Virus record (IMG/VR): IMGVR_UViG_3300008448_000001
Coordinates: 62,001-126,000 of that record
DNA: 64,000 nt
Reading direction: 5' to 3' (one strand)
Below the pieces are notes generated by a model that was not told the DNA's origin, did no database searches, and was given only the letters and a program-made list of their open reading frames with translations. Both the position numbers and the translations under genes were made by a program. The stretch's first letter is position 1; every line of letters begins with the position of its first letter. Shown piece after piece: positions 34,725-43,132 of this stretch.

Positions 34725-37700
34725 ATGTCCAGAATAGACTCGAGCATTCTAGGTTCAAAGCCTTTCAGTTTACTGACGCCAACTCCTCAGCCTTTAAACC
34801 AGCCTGAGGAGTTGGACTTTCGTGAGTTCGGTGACACGGACGCAACGCGAAAAAGCATTTACGACAATGTCTTGTCGGCGGCTAGTTCGATCGAGCCCAT
34901 ATCGAATGCAAGGCACACGCTTCGGTTAACTGGCGTGGAATACGCTGATCCGGACACGGTTAGCAAGAAGCAGCAGAAAGAAGCTATTCTAAACGGCATC
35001 AGTGTTGGCCGAAGGCTTCGCGGGACTTGGGAGCTTCTCGACAACGAGACACAGCAGGTTCTCGACCGTAAACGTGCCGTTCTCGCTACAATTCCATACT
35101 TGACGGAACGTGGTACGTTTATCAACAACGGGACGGAGTACACGCTAAAAAATCAGCAACGGTTGCTTCCAGGCATCTACACACGTATACGGGACAACGG
35201 TGAGATCGAGTCCCACGCGAACGTTATGCCGGGCAAGGGGGTTTCGCACCGTTATTTTTTGGATCCGGAGAAAGGCGTATTTAAGATCAAGGTCGGCCAA
35301 GGCACAGTCGGGCTGACCCCCCTCTTAAAGCTCATGGGTGCCACACCGGAGCAGCTGAAGGAAGCGTGGGGCAAGGATCTTTTCGCGACTAACTACAACA
35401 ATGACGCCGCTTCGGAGTACATCAAACTCAAACAAAAGTTTTTGAATAACTCCGAAATGCAGGGAACCGAAGCGGAGCAGCGTCAAGCTTTAATCGACAA
35501 GTTTGCACGCATGGAGCTGGACCCGCAGGTGACAGCCAGAACACTAGGTCGCCCACATAAAAACATTACGCTCGATACGCTGTTAGACGTGACCCGCAAG
35601 CTTGTAAGCGTGAGCAAGAACGAGGCCGACCCGGACGACCGGGACGCGTTGACCTATCAGCAGTTTCTAGGGCCCGAGGATTTGCTTGCGGAGCGATTGC
35701 AACGCGACAAAGACGGCATTCGCCGACAGCTGCTATGGAAGGCGTCCTGGAAGGGTAACTTACAGAGCATGCCTTCTTCGTCGCTTGGAAAACAAGTTCT
35801 TTCGGCTTTGCTGACAAGCGGATTAGGTCAAGCGATCGAGGAAATTAACCCAGCAGAGCTTTACGATAAAACGACATCGGTTAGCCGACTCGGCGAGGGT
35901 GGTATTCCATCGACGGACGCTATTCCGAAGGAAGCTCGCAGCGTACAGCCAAGCATGTTTGGTTACGTCGATCCGTTGCGTACCCCGGAGTCCGGTAAAG
36001 TCGGCGTGGATACTTATCTGGCGAGAGGTGTCCGAAAGGGTAAGAACGGAAAGCTGTACGCTCAGTTTCGAGAGCTGAAGACAGGAAAACTTGTTTACCG
36101 GACACCGCAAGAAGTTGCGGATCTCACGCTTGGATTTCCCGGCAGCCAGCAGGAGGACGCCCCTCGGGTTCCCGCCATGCGAGGGGGAAAGATGCTTTAT
36201 GTGCCCAAGTCGCAGATCGACTTAGAGCTGCCCGCCATGGAGGAAGCCTTCAACCAGCTGTCAAACATGATTCCCATGAAGAGTCAGGTCAAAGGGCAGC
36301 GACTTGTGATGGCGTCCAGAATGACAACGCAGGCTTTGCCGCTAGTTGACGCGGAATCGCCTTTGGTGCAGTCTGCTGTTCCGGGTACTAACGGCAACCA
36401 AAGCTATGAGGAACTGTATTCGAAGGGGATGGGTGCGCTGCGTGCACCTCAAGCTGGCGTAGTACTCGGTGTCGACAAAGAGGGTATTCACGTTCGATAC
36501 GAAGACGGCACAAACGCAACGCACGAGCTGTATCACAATTTTCCGTTCAACCGTAAAACTTTTGTGCACCAGACATCCGCAGTGCAGCCGGGCGATCGGT
36601 TTAATCCCGACCAGCTTTTAGCCTATTCCAATTACACGGACAAGCAGGGTGCTGCGGCGTTGGGGAAAAACGCAAGAACAGCCTACATTGCCTGGCAAGG
36701 GAAGAACTTTGAGGATGCCGCGGTTATCTCTGAAAGCTACGCGAAAAAGATGAGTTCCGAGCACATGTACCAACATGACCTGGAGCTTGACGCCAAGACG
36801 GTAGCTGGCAAAGGGAAGTATGTTTCTGCGTACCCTGGAAAATACGACAAACGCATCTTAGAGAACATTGACTCGAGTGGTGTGATTAAACCGGGTACGA
36901 TCGTGCACCGGGGTGATCCGCTTATCCTTGGTTTGCGGCAAAACGAAACGGCCCACAACAAAGTGCACAAAAAGGGTAAAACCGCTTTTAGCGATGCTGC
37001 GGTGACTTGGGAGCACAATGACAGCGGCGAAGTCACTGATGTTGTCATGGGCAAGCGAGGGCCGACTGTTGTGGTTAAAATGTCGGCGCCGATGCAGGTG
37101 GGCGATAAACTTTCGGGAAGGTACGGTGACAAGGGAGTCATCGCGGACGTGATACCTGATTCGCAGATGCCACACGATTCTCAAGGTCGACCTTTCGAGG
37201 TTTTAGTGAACCCACTGGGTGTTATCACTCGGACTAACCCAAGTCAGTTGTCCGAGCTTTTTCTTGGTAAGATCGCCGAGAAGCGTGGCAAGCCGATCAA
37301 GGTCGAGGACTTTGATTCTTCGAAGGATATGAACGAATGGGTGTTGCAGGAGCTCGCCCGCGAGGGTTTAAGCGACCTAGAGGACGTTGTTGACCCTACA
37401 CGCGATCGCAAGGTCAAAGGTATTGCCACGGGCAGTCGCTTCTTCATGAAGCTGCACCACACAGCGGAAGGCAAAGGGCAAAGCCGTGGCGGTGGCTCTT
37501 ACACGATGGAAGACACCCCGGCGAAAGGCGGGGCAGAGGGTTCTAAGCGGATAGGTATGCTCGATACCAACGCGTTGCTATCGCACGGAGCTACTGCAAC
37601 GCTGCAGGACATCAGCACGGTGCGGGGGCAAAAGAACGACGACTATTGGATGCAGTTCATGTCGGGTTACAACCCGCAAGTAACCAAGGTACCGCACGTC

Positions 37701-39164
37701 TACCAGAAGTTCGTCAATCAGTTGCGAGCTGCCGGGGTTAATGTTGTCAAGCAAGGAACGCAGCTCAACATTATGGCCCTCACGGATAAAGACATCGACG
37801 AGCTCGCCGGTGACCGGGAGTTGAGCAACTCGGAGGGTGTCGACTGGGGCAGTGATCTAAAGGAGCTGCCTGGCGGTTTGTTCGACAAAGCTAAGACAGG
37901 CGGACACGGCGGAAATCGTTGGACATACATCAAGCTGCACGAGCCTATGCCTAACCCGGTCATGGAAGAACCCATTCGGAAAATACTGGGGATGACACAG
38001 AAGAAGTTCGATGCTGTGATTGCTGGCGACGACACGATCGACGGTCACGGGTCGGGTCCGACTGCGATTCAAAAAGCACTTAAAGCGATAAACCTGGACA
38101 GCGAAATCGAGAAGACGCGTGCAGTGATCTCGGCGGGCAGAGCTTCCGAGCGAGATAACGCTATCCGCAAGTTGGGGTATTTGAAGAGTGCACGAAAACT
38201 TAAGCTGCATCCTTCGGACTACATGCTTACGAAAGCTCCTGTTATGCCGCCAATGTTTCGTCCGATCAGCATGATGAGCAACGACATGCCGCTCATCAAC
38301 GACGCGAACTACCTTTACAAGGAGCTGTTCGAAGCCAACAAAAACCTTCAAGAGATTCAGAAGGCGGTGGGGGCAGATGGTTCCGGACCCGAGCGGTTGG
38401 CTACGTATCAGGCGTTCAAGGCTGTGACCGGCCTCGGTGACCCGATTAGTCAAAAGAGTCGGGACAAGAATGTACAAGGCGTGCTTAGGTCCGTGTTCGG
38501 CAGCAGCCCCAAGTTCGGTACGTTGCAACGAAAGCTTATTTCGACCACCGTGGATAATGTGGGCCGTGCGGTCATTACGCCGAACCCTGACTTGGACATG
38601 GATTCTGTGGGTTTACCGGAGGACAAAGCATTCAAGGCATACGAGAAGTTTGTCACGCGAAGGCTGGTGCGTAAAGGCATGTCCTTCAGGGAAGCAAGAC
38701 AGCAGATTGTAGATCGCACGGACTTGGCGAGAAACTCGCTGCTTGAAGAGATGGACGCGAGACCCGTTTACATAAGCCGTGCCCCGGTGTTGCACAAGTT
38801 TGGCATATTGGCGATGCGACCGAGGCTTACGAAAGGTGATACACTTCAGGTAAGCCCTTTGATTGTAAAAGGCTTCGGTGCGGATTTCGACGGTGACGCG
38901 ATGAATTATCACGTACCTAGCCTGGAGAAATCCGTCGAAGAAGCGTATGCTAAGCTGCTTCCAAGTCGTAATTTGTTTAGCATGTCTGACTTCAAGTCCG
39001 TAATGCACGCTCCGGCGAACGAATACGTCAGCGGGCTTTACCATGCGACGAAAAGCAAAAGCGAAAGGCCGGTAAGAATTTTCCGAACTATCGCCGAAGC
39101 GAAACAAGCGTACAGCCGAAAAGAAATTTCCGTTGATGACAGAATCAAAATCCTTGAAGCCTAG
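34725..39164 (+). CDS. rpoBC: Multisubunit-type RNA polymerase, beta fused to the catalytic N-half of beta'
   Basis: beta motifs GTFINNGTE, RLGEGG, PLRTPESGKVG, NFEDA, GDKLSGRYGDKGVI, NPLGV, MKLHH. beta' motifs PVMPPMFRP, GRAVI, RAPVLH and catalytic GADFDGD. Confidence 0.95.
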   Translation: MSRIDSSILGSKPFSLLTPTPQPLNQPEELDFREFGDTDATRKSIYDNVLSAASSIEPISNARHTLRLTGVEYADPDTVSKKQQKEAILNGISVGRRLRGTWELLDNETQQVLDRKRAVLATIPYLTERGTFINNGTEYTLKNQQRLLPGIYTRIRDNGEIESHANVMPGKGVSHRYFLDPEKGVFKIKVGQGTVGLTPLLKLMGATPEQLKEAWGKDLFATNYNNDAASEYIKLKQKFLNNSEMQGTEAEQRQALIDKFARMELDPQVTARTLGRPHKNITLDTLLDVTRKLVSVSKNEADPDDRDALTYQQFLGPEDLLAERLQRDKDGIRRQLLWKASWKGNLQSMPSSSLGKQVLSALLTSGLGQAIEEINPAELYDKTTSVSRLGEGGIPSTDAIPKEARSVQPSMFGYVDPLRTPESGKVGVDTYLARGVRKGKNGKLYAQFRELKTGKLVYRTPQEVADLTLGFPGSQQEDAPRVPAMRGGKMLYVPKSQIDLELPAMEEAFNQLSNMIPMKSQVKGQRLVMASRMTTQALPLVDAESPLVQSAVPGTNGNQSYEELYSKGMGALRAPQAGVVLGVDKEGIHVRYEDGTNATHELYHNFPFNRKTFVHQTSAVQPGDRFNPDQLLAYSNYTDKQGAAALGKNARTAYIAWQGKNFEDAAVISESYAKKMSSEHMYQHDLELDAKTVAGKGKYVSAYPGKYDKRILENIDSSGVIKPGTIVHRGDPLILGLRQNETAHNKVHKKGKTAFSDAAVTWEHNDSGEVTDVVMGKRGPTVVVKMSAPMQVGDKLSGRYGDKGVIADVIPDSQMPHDSQGRPFEVLVNPLGVITRTNPSQLSELFLGKIAEKRGKPIKVEDFDSSKDMNEWVLQELAREGLSDLEDVVDPTRDRKVKGIATGSRFFMKLHHTAEGKGQSRGGGSYTMEDTPAKGGAEGSKRIGMLDTNALLSHGATATLQDISTVRGQKNDDYWMQFMSGYNPQVTKVPHVYQKFVNQLRAAGVNVVKQGTQLNIMALTDKDIDELAGDRELSNSEGVDWGSDLKELPGGLFDKAKTGGHGGNRWTYIKLHEPMPNPVMEEPIRKILGMTQKKFDAVIAGDDTIDGHGSGPTAIQKALKAINLDSEIEKTRAVISAGRASERDNAIRKLGYLKSARKLKLHPSDYMLTKAPVMPPMFRPISMMSNDMPLINDANYLYKELFEANKNLQEIQKAVGADGSGPERLATYQAFKAVTGLGDPISQKSRDKNVQGVLRSVFGSSPKFGTLQRKLISTTVDNVGRAVITPNPDLDMDSVGLPEDKAFKAYEKFVTRRLVRKGMSFREARQQIVDRTDLARNSLLEEMDARPVYISRAPVLHKFGILAMRPRLTKGDTLQVSPLIVKGFGADFDGDAMNYHVPSLEKSVEEAYAKLLPSRNLFSMSDFKSVMHAPANEYVSGLYHATKSKSERPVRIFRTIAEAKQAYSRKEISVDDRIKILEA

Positions 39165-39178
39165 GGCTGGAGAAGATC

Positions 39179-39829
39179 GTGACTATTAACAAGCAATTGC
39201 TGCGCGATGCGCTTTCTAATTTACAGAAGCAGGGTTTTGTGGCTGCGGGAGACCCCGCGATGGGTGGGGCACCTCCGGCGGACCCGGCTGCAATGGGCGG
39301 AGGAGCACCTCCGATGGACCCGGCTGCGATGGGCGGTGGAGCTCCTCCTGCCGATCCGGCTGCAATGGGTGGCGGTGATCCGCTCGCGGCACTTGCGCCC
39401 ATGATTCAGCAAATGGTGCAACAAGCTGTTTCCGCTGGCGGGGGTGGGGGCGGCGGCGGTATGGCAGGCGGCGGCATCAAGCCGAAGATCGACGTTAACG
39501 TTGAACTTTTGCAAATCAAGAAGCTGCTGGCACGCATCGTTGATGCCTTAGGGATTCAAGTTCCTGCGGCAGAGATGGTTGCAACTTCCGACGACCTGAA
39601 CCAGATGGCAAGCCAACAGGGTGGGGGTGCCGCAGGCGGTGGTGCTGCTGCTGGCGGCGGTGCCTTAGGCTCCATTCAACCGATGCAACCAATGAAAGCC
39701 GCTTATGCCCGCGAAGAATGGGACTTTGGCGAAGTTTACGGCGGTCAGCTTTCTGCTGTGCAGCAGTCCCAGCAGAGCACGGCTCTAAAGGCTATCGCAG
39801 CTTTACGTCAAAGGCAAGACAGTGTTTAA
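39179..39829 (+). CDS. Gly/Ala/Pro/Met-rich low-complexity protein
   Basis: Tandem DPAAMGGGAPP repeats, GTG start. Confidence 0.7.
   Translation: MTINKQLLRDALSNLQKQGFVAAGDPAMGGAPPADPAAMGGGAPPMDPAAMGGGAPPADPAAMGGGDPLAALAPMIQQMVQQAVSAGGGGGGGGMAGGGIKPKIDVNVELLQIKKLLARIVDALGIQVPAAEMVATSDDLNQMASQQGGGAAGGGAAAGGGALGSIQPMQPMKAAYAREEWDFGEVYGGQLSAVQQSQQSTALKAIAALRQRQDSV
39250..39380 (+). repeat. About 33-bp coding tandem repeat (DPAAMGGGAPP, about 4 copies)
   Basis: Visible degenerate repeats of GACCCGGCTGCAATGGGCGG…. Confidence 0.8.
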
Positions 39830-40046
39830 CGTAGAGATTTTAGAGCGAATAGGTCAAAAGCCTATCGTTGTTCCGGCATCGCAAGTGGTTGTTCGAATGC
39901 CGGACGGTACACCGATCAGCGTCGCAGCGTTGTACGGCAGTAGTAGTTCCGTCATGGTTTCGCACTGTACGGACAAGGATTTCCAAGAAACATTGGGTAA
40001 GCTTGGAATAAAAGAGAAAGTTATAGTCACTCAGATAAAGGTGTGA
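39822..40046 (+). CDS. Small beta-rich hypothetical protein
   Basis: 74-aa ORF overlapping the upstream stop. Confidence 0.6.
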   Translation: MFNVEILERIGQKPIVVPASQVVVRMPDGTPISVAALYGSSSSVMVSHCTDKDFQETLGKLGIKEKVIVTQIKV

Positions 40047-40047
40047 A

Positions 40048-40737
40048 ATGGACGACGCAACAAATCGCTCAACCGACAAGTACTACCGAGAAAAACCGAA
40101 ACCGTTATTTCGGCAGACAAGAGAAGGGCGTGTTCGCCGCGAGAGTTCTTTTGTCTACCAGCAAGTGCAAAACGATGTTAACGCGTCGAACGACAAGTAT
40201 TACAAGTCTCCGTCGCCGACTGCGGTTCCTGTTGAAGCTTTGGCGAAACTTGCGAGGTCAAAGCTCGTTGACATTGACGACGCGTCGCAGGCGGTTACCG
40301 AAATAGCGTCTGCGTTTTCCGACAGCTATGACGCTGTTGTGCTCAACGTGTACGCGGAACAATTGGCAGGCGTTAAAGTCGCCGTCGACTTGGCAGTAGG
40401 TCGTAGCATTATCACCCGCGAACAAGCTGACAGCGTGTCATTCGCGACACGGCCTGCACCTGTCGCCGCTGCTTTGCCACAAGCCGAAGTAGGAAATGCT
40501 CCGCGAGTCGAGGTCGTCCCTGACGCGTTCGCAAAGGGTGGAAAGCGTCGACGCGGACGCAAGGCCAGCGAAGCAGTTGTCGAAGACAACGCCGGGGAAG
40601 CAGCGGGGCTTGAGGCATCGCTGGACGCTACACCGGAGACCTCGCAAGATGAACCTCAGGTAGATGAACCTCAGGTAGATGAACCTCAAACGGAAACGAC
40701 ACAGGCCGAAGTTAACGCTGACGATAGCGACGAGTAA
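40048..40737 (+). CDS. Hypothetical protein with acidic tail
   Basis: 229 aa, DEPQV repeats. Confidence 0.7.
   Translation: MDDATNRSTDKYYREKPKPLFRQTREGRVRRESSFVYQQVQNDVNASNDKYYKSPSPTAVPVEALAKLARSKLVDIDDASQAVTEIASAFSDSYDAVVLNVYAEQLAGVKVAVDLAVGRSIITREQADSVSFATRPAPVAAALPQAEVGNAPRVEVVPDAFAKGGKRRRGRKASEAVVEDNAGEAAGLEASLDATPETSQDEPQVDEPQVDEPQTETTQAEVNADDSDE
40648..40688 (+). repeat. 15-bp tandem repeat GATGAACCTCAGGTA (about 2.7 copies)
   Basis: Direct reading. Confidence 0.9.
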
Positions 40738-40785
40738 GCGGAGCAAATTTGCTTATAGTCGCAGACATGCAAGTGCGAAACAGGG

Positions 40786-40812
40786 ATGCGGCGGGGTCCA
40801 ACTCCGCCGCAT
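40786..40812 (+). promoter_or_regulatory. Strong leader hairpin before the second RNAP chain
   Basis: ATGCGGCGGGG-TCCAA-CTCCGCCGCAT, no U-tract. Confidence 0.4.
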
Positions 40813-40842
40813 TAACAAGAAGCTAGACATGGAGCTTTTTGG

Positions 40843-42807
40843 ATGGCATTAGAAACAACTGTAGGCCAGATTCTAGTAAACGACGTGTTACCGGAGGAAC
40901 TACGCGACTACAGCCGTACTTTGGACAAGTCGGCACTTAGCTCGTTGCTCAAGGATGTCGCGAGAAAGCATCCCGAGAAGTACAGGGACATCTCCTTTCA
41001 GCTCAATCAGATAGGCCGACATTCGGCACAGGAGCAGGGCGGTTTGTCTTTCGGGGCCAGGCACCTTCGAAAGAGTAAGGCAGCTGCCGCCATTCAGGAC
41101 AGGATAAAGGGTGAGTTGTTTGGCATTCTTGCCGACGACAATTTAACCGACCAGCAACGCACAGACAAAATTGTACGCGTGGTAGGTCGTGAAAGTTCTG
41201 CGCAACAGCGTGCAGTACTGGACGAGGCCGTGAAAGAAGGCAATCCTTTAGGCCTACAAGTTCTCTCGGGGTCTCGGGGTAAGCCGATGAACCTTGCCAG
41301 CTTGCTAGCCGCCGACATGCTTTACTCGGATCACCGCGACGAAGTCATACCGGTACCTGTGCTTAGAAGTTACAGCCAAGGGTTGACGCCAGCGGAGTAT
41401 TGGGCAGGCACATACGGGGCCCGCCGAGGTATTATTGCCACGAAGTTTGCTACGCAGGAAGCAGGATTTTTGTCGAAACAGCTCAATCAAGCCGGGCACA
41501 GGCTTGTTGTCGTCGACGAAGAAAGCGAGGATGAGAATCCTGGTTTGCGGGGTTTGATCGTCGATACCGATGATATGGATAACGAAGGAGCTTTGCTTGC
41601 CCAGGACACCGGTCCGTTTCACCGCAACACTCCCCTCACCCCGAAAATACTCAAGCAGCTTAAGCGACTCGGCAAGGATCGGATTCTGGTTCGCTCTCCG
41701 CTTATTGGAGGTTCACCCGAGGGTGGCGTTTATGCGAGAGATGTCGGCGTACGTGAGAAGGGCCTCCTTCCAGGCCGGGGCGAGCAAGTAGGTTTACAGG
41801 CCGCCCAGGCGCTCAGCGAACCGATTAGTCAGGGCCAGCTTTCTGCCAAGCACTCCGGGGGTGTGGCAGGGCAAGAAAAAGCTGTTGGTGGTTTTCAATA
41901 CATCAACCAACTAATTCAAACACCTAAAAAAATGCAAGGCGGTGCGGCACATTCTACTGTCGACGGCGTTGTTCAGCGGATTGAACCAGCACCTGCCGGA
42001 GGTAACTACGTCACGGTCGGTGGCGAGCGGCATTATGTGAACGCGGGCTATGAACTCAAGGTCAAGCGAGGCGACGACGTAGAAGCCGGTGACATGCTAA
42101 GCGAAGGCATCCCAAATCCGGCGATTATCACGAAGTACAAGGGTGTAGGCGAGGGTCGTCGCTATTTCGTGCAGGAGTTCAAAAAGGCGATGTCTTCCAG
42201 TGGCATGCTCGGGCATCGGCGGAACATTGAGCTGCTTGCAAGAGGTTTGATAAATCACGTGCGTCTTACCGAGGAAGTCGGTGACCATGTCGAAGACGAT
42301 ATCGTACCGTACACGACACTTGAACACACTTACAAGCCACGCGACGGTTTTCAAGCGTTGGCTCCCAAAAAGGCGGTGGGTAAATACCTGGAAAGGCCTG
42401 TTTTGCATTACACGATAGGCACTAAAGTTCGCCCGTCCATGTTAAAAGATTTTGACGATTTCGGCGTGAGCTCGCTGGAAGTCCATGACGCTCCTCCGCC
42501 TTTCGAGTCGCACATGGTTCGTGGGATGTACCAGCTGCAGCACGATCCGGACTGGCTAACGCAGATGTACGGGTCGGGTCTAAAAGAAAGCCTGCTGGAA
42601 TCTACGGCACGCGGGGCGACTAGCGAAGAACGCGGGTCTAGCTTTGTTCCAAGCTTGGCGACAGGGACGGATTTCGGCGACGTCCCGAATCGAGTTGTCA
42701 TACAACCCAAGGCACCGTACGCTTTGCCGGACGTACCGATACCTGATATACCAGAAGTTAAGGATAGTCTCATATCGTCAAAAAGTCTCACACCGAGACT
42801 CCTGTAA
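40843..42807 (+). CDS. rpoC: RNA polymerase beta' C-terminal chain (bridge helix, trigger loop)
   Basis: TTVGQ, SGSRG, GLTPAEYW…GARRGIIATKFATQEAGFLSKQL (bridge helix), GEQVGLQAAQALSEPISQ…KHSGG (trigger loop), RRNIELL. Confidence 0.92.
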   Translation: MALETTVGQILVNDVLPEELRDYSRTLDKSALSSLLKDVARKHPEKYRDISFQLNQIGRHSAQEQGGLSFGARHLRKSKAAAAIQDRIKGELFGILADDNLTDQQRTDKIVRVVGRESSAQQRAVLDEAVKEGNPLGLQVLSGSRGKPMNLASLLAADMLYSDHRDEVIPVPVLRSYSQGLTPAEYWAGTYGARRGIIATKFATQEAGFLSKQLNQAGHRLVVVDEESEDENPGLRGLIVDTDDMDNEGALLAQDTGPFHRNTPLTPKILKQLKRLGKDRILVRSPLIGGSPEGGVYARDVGVREKGLLPGRGEQVGLQAAQALSEPISQGQLSAKHSGGVAGQEKAVGGFQYINQLIQTPKKMQGGAAHSTVDGVVQRIEPAPAGGNYVTVGGERHYVNAGYELKVKRGDDVEAGDMLSEGIPNPAIITKYKGVGEGRRYFVQEFKKAMSSSGMLGHRRNIELLARGLINHVRLTEEVGDHVEDDIVPYTTLEHTYKPRDGFQALAPKKAVGKYLERPVLHYTIGTKVRPSMLKDFDDFGVSSLEVHDAPPPFESHMVRGMYQLQHDPDWLTQMYGSGLKESLLESTARGATSEERGSSFVPSLATGTDFGDVPNRVVIQPKAPYALPDVPIPDIPEVKDSLISSKSLTPRLL

Positions 42808-42890
42808 ACAGGTTTCACTTGCCAAGGGCCGGCTAAAACAGCTAAACTGTAGAACCCGTCGGCTATGTTTTCATGTTTTAAGGTCACACA

Positions 42891-43109
42891 ATGTCAGCTT
42901 TACCTCCACTGGGCGGCTTCGATCCTAAGATTGCTGGAGCCTATTTGCTTCCCCCAGCGACAGGGATGAAGAAGAAAACCAAGAAGAAACCTGTTGAAGC
43001 AGACAAAGAGAAAATGGCGAGTTTTTTCGAGGCAATCGTGACAAAAGAAACAGAGAACATGCAAGCGCATTTTTCCGGTTTTGACTTCACAGCCGGTTGG
43101 AACAAGTAG
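42891..43109 (+). CDS. Small basic protein
   Basis: 72 aa with KIA and EKMA motifs. Confidence 0.5.
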   Translation: MSALPPLGGFDPKIAGAYLLPPATGMKKKTKKKPVEADKEKMASFFEAIVTKETENMQAHFSGFDFTAGWNK

Positions 43110-43132
43110 TATTCACCTAACGGAAACGCAAG

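Noticed and set aside
27318-39164. Inteins or introns in RNR or RNAP
   Set aside because: Conserved motifs are collinear, with no large insertions or intein terminal signatures.
34725-42807. Cellular rpoB/rpoC operon (bacterial chromosome)
   Set aside because: No ribosomal protein neighbours, reduced and re-split subunits, and surrounded by capsid-module genes.
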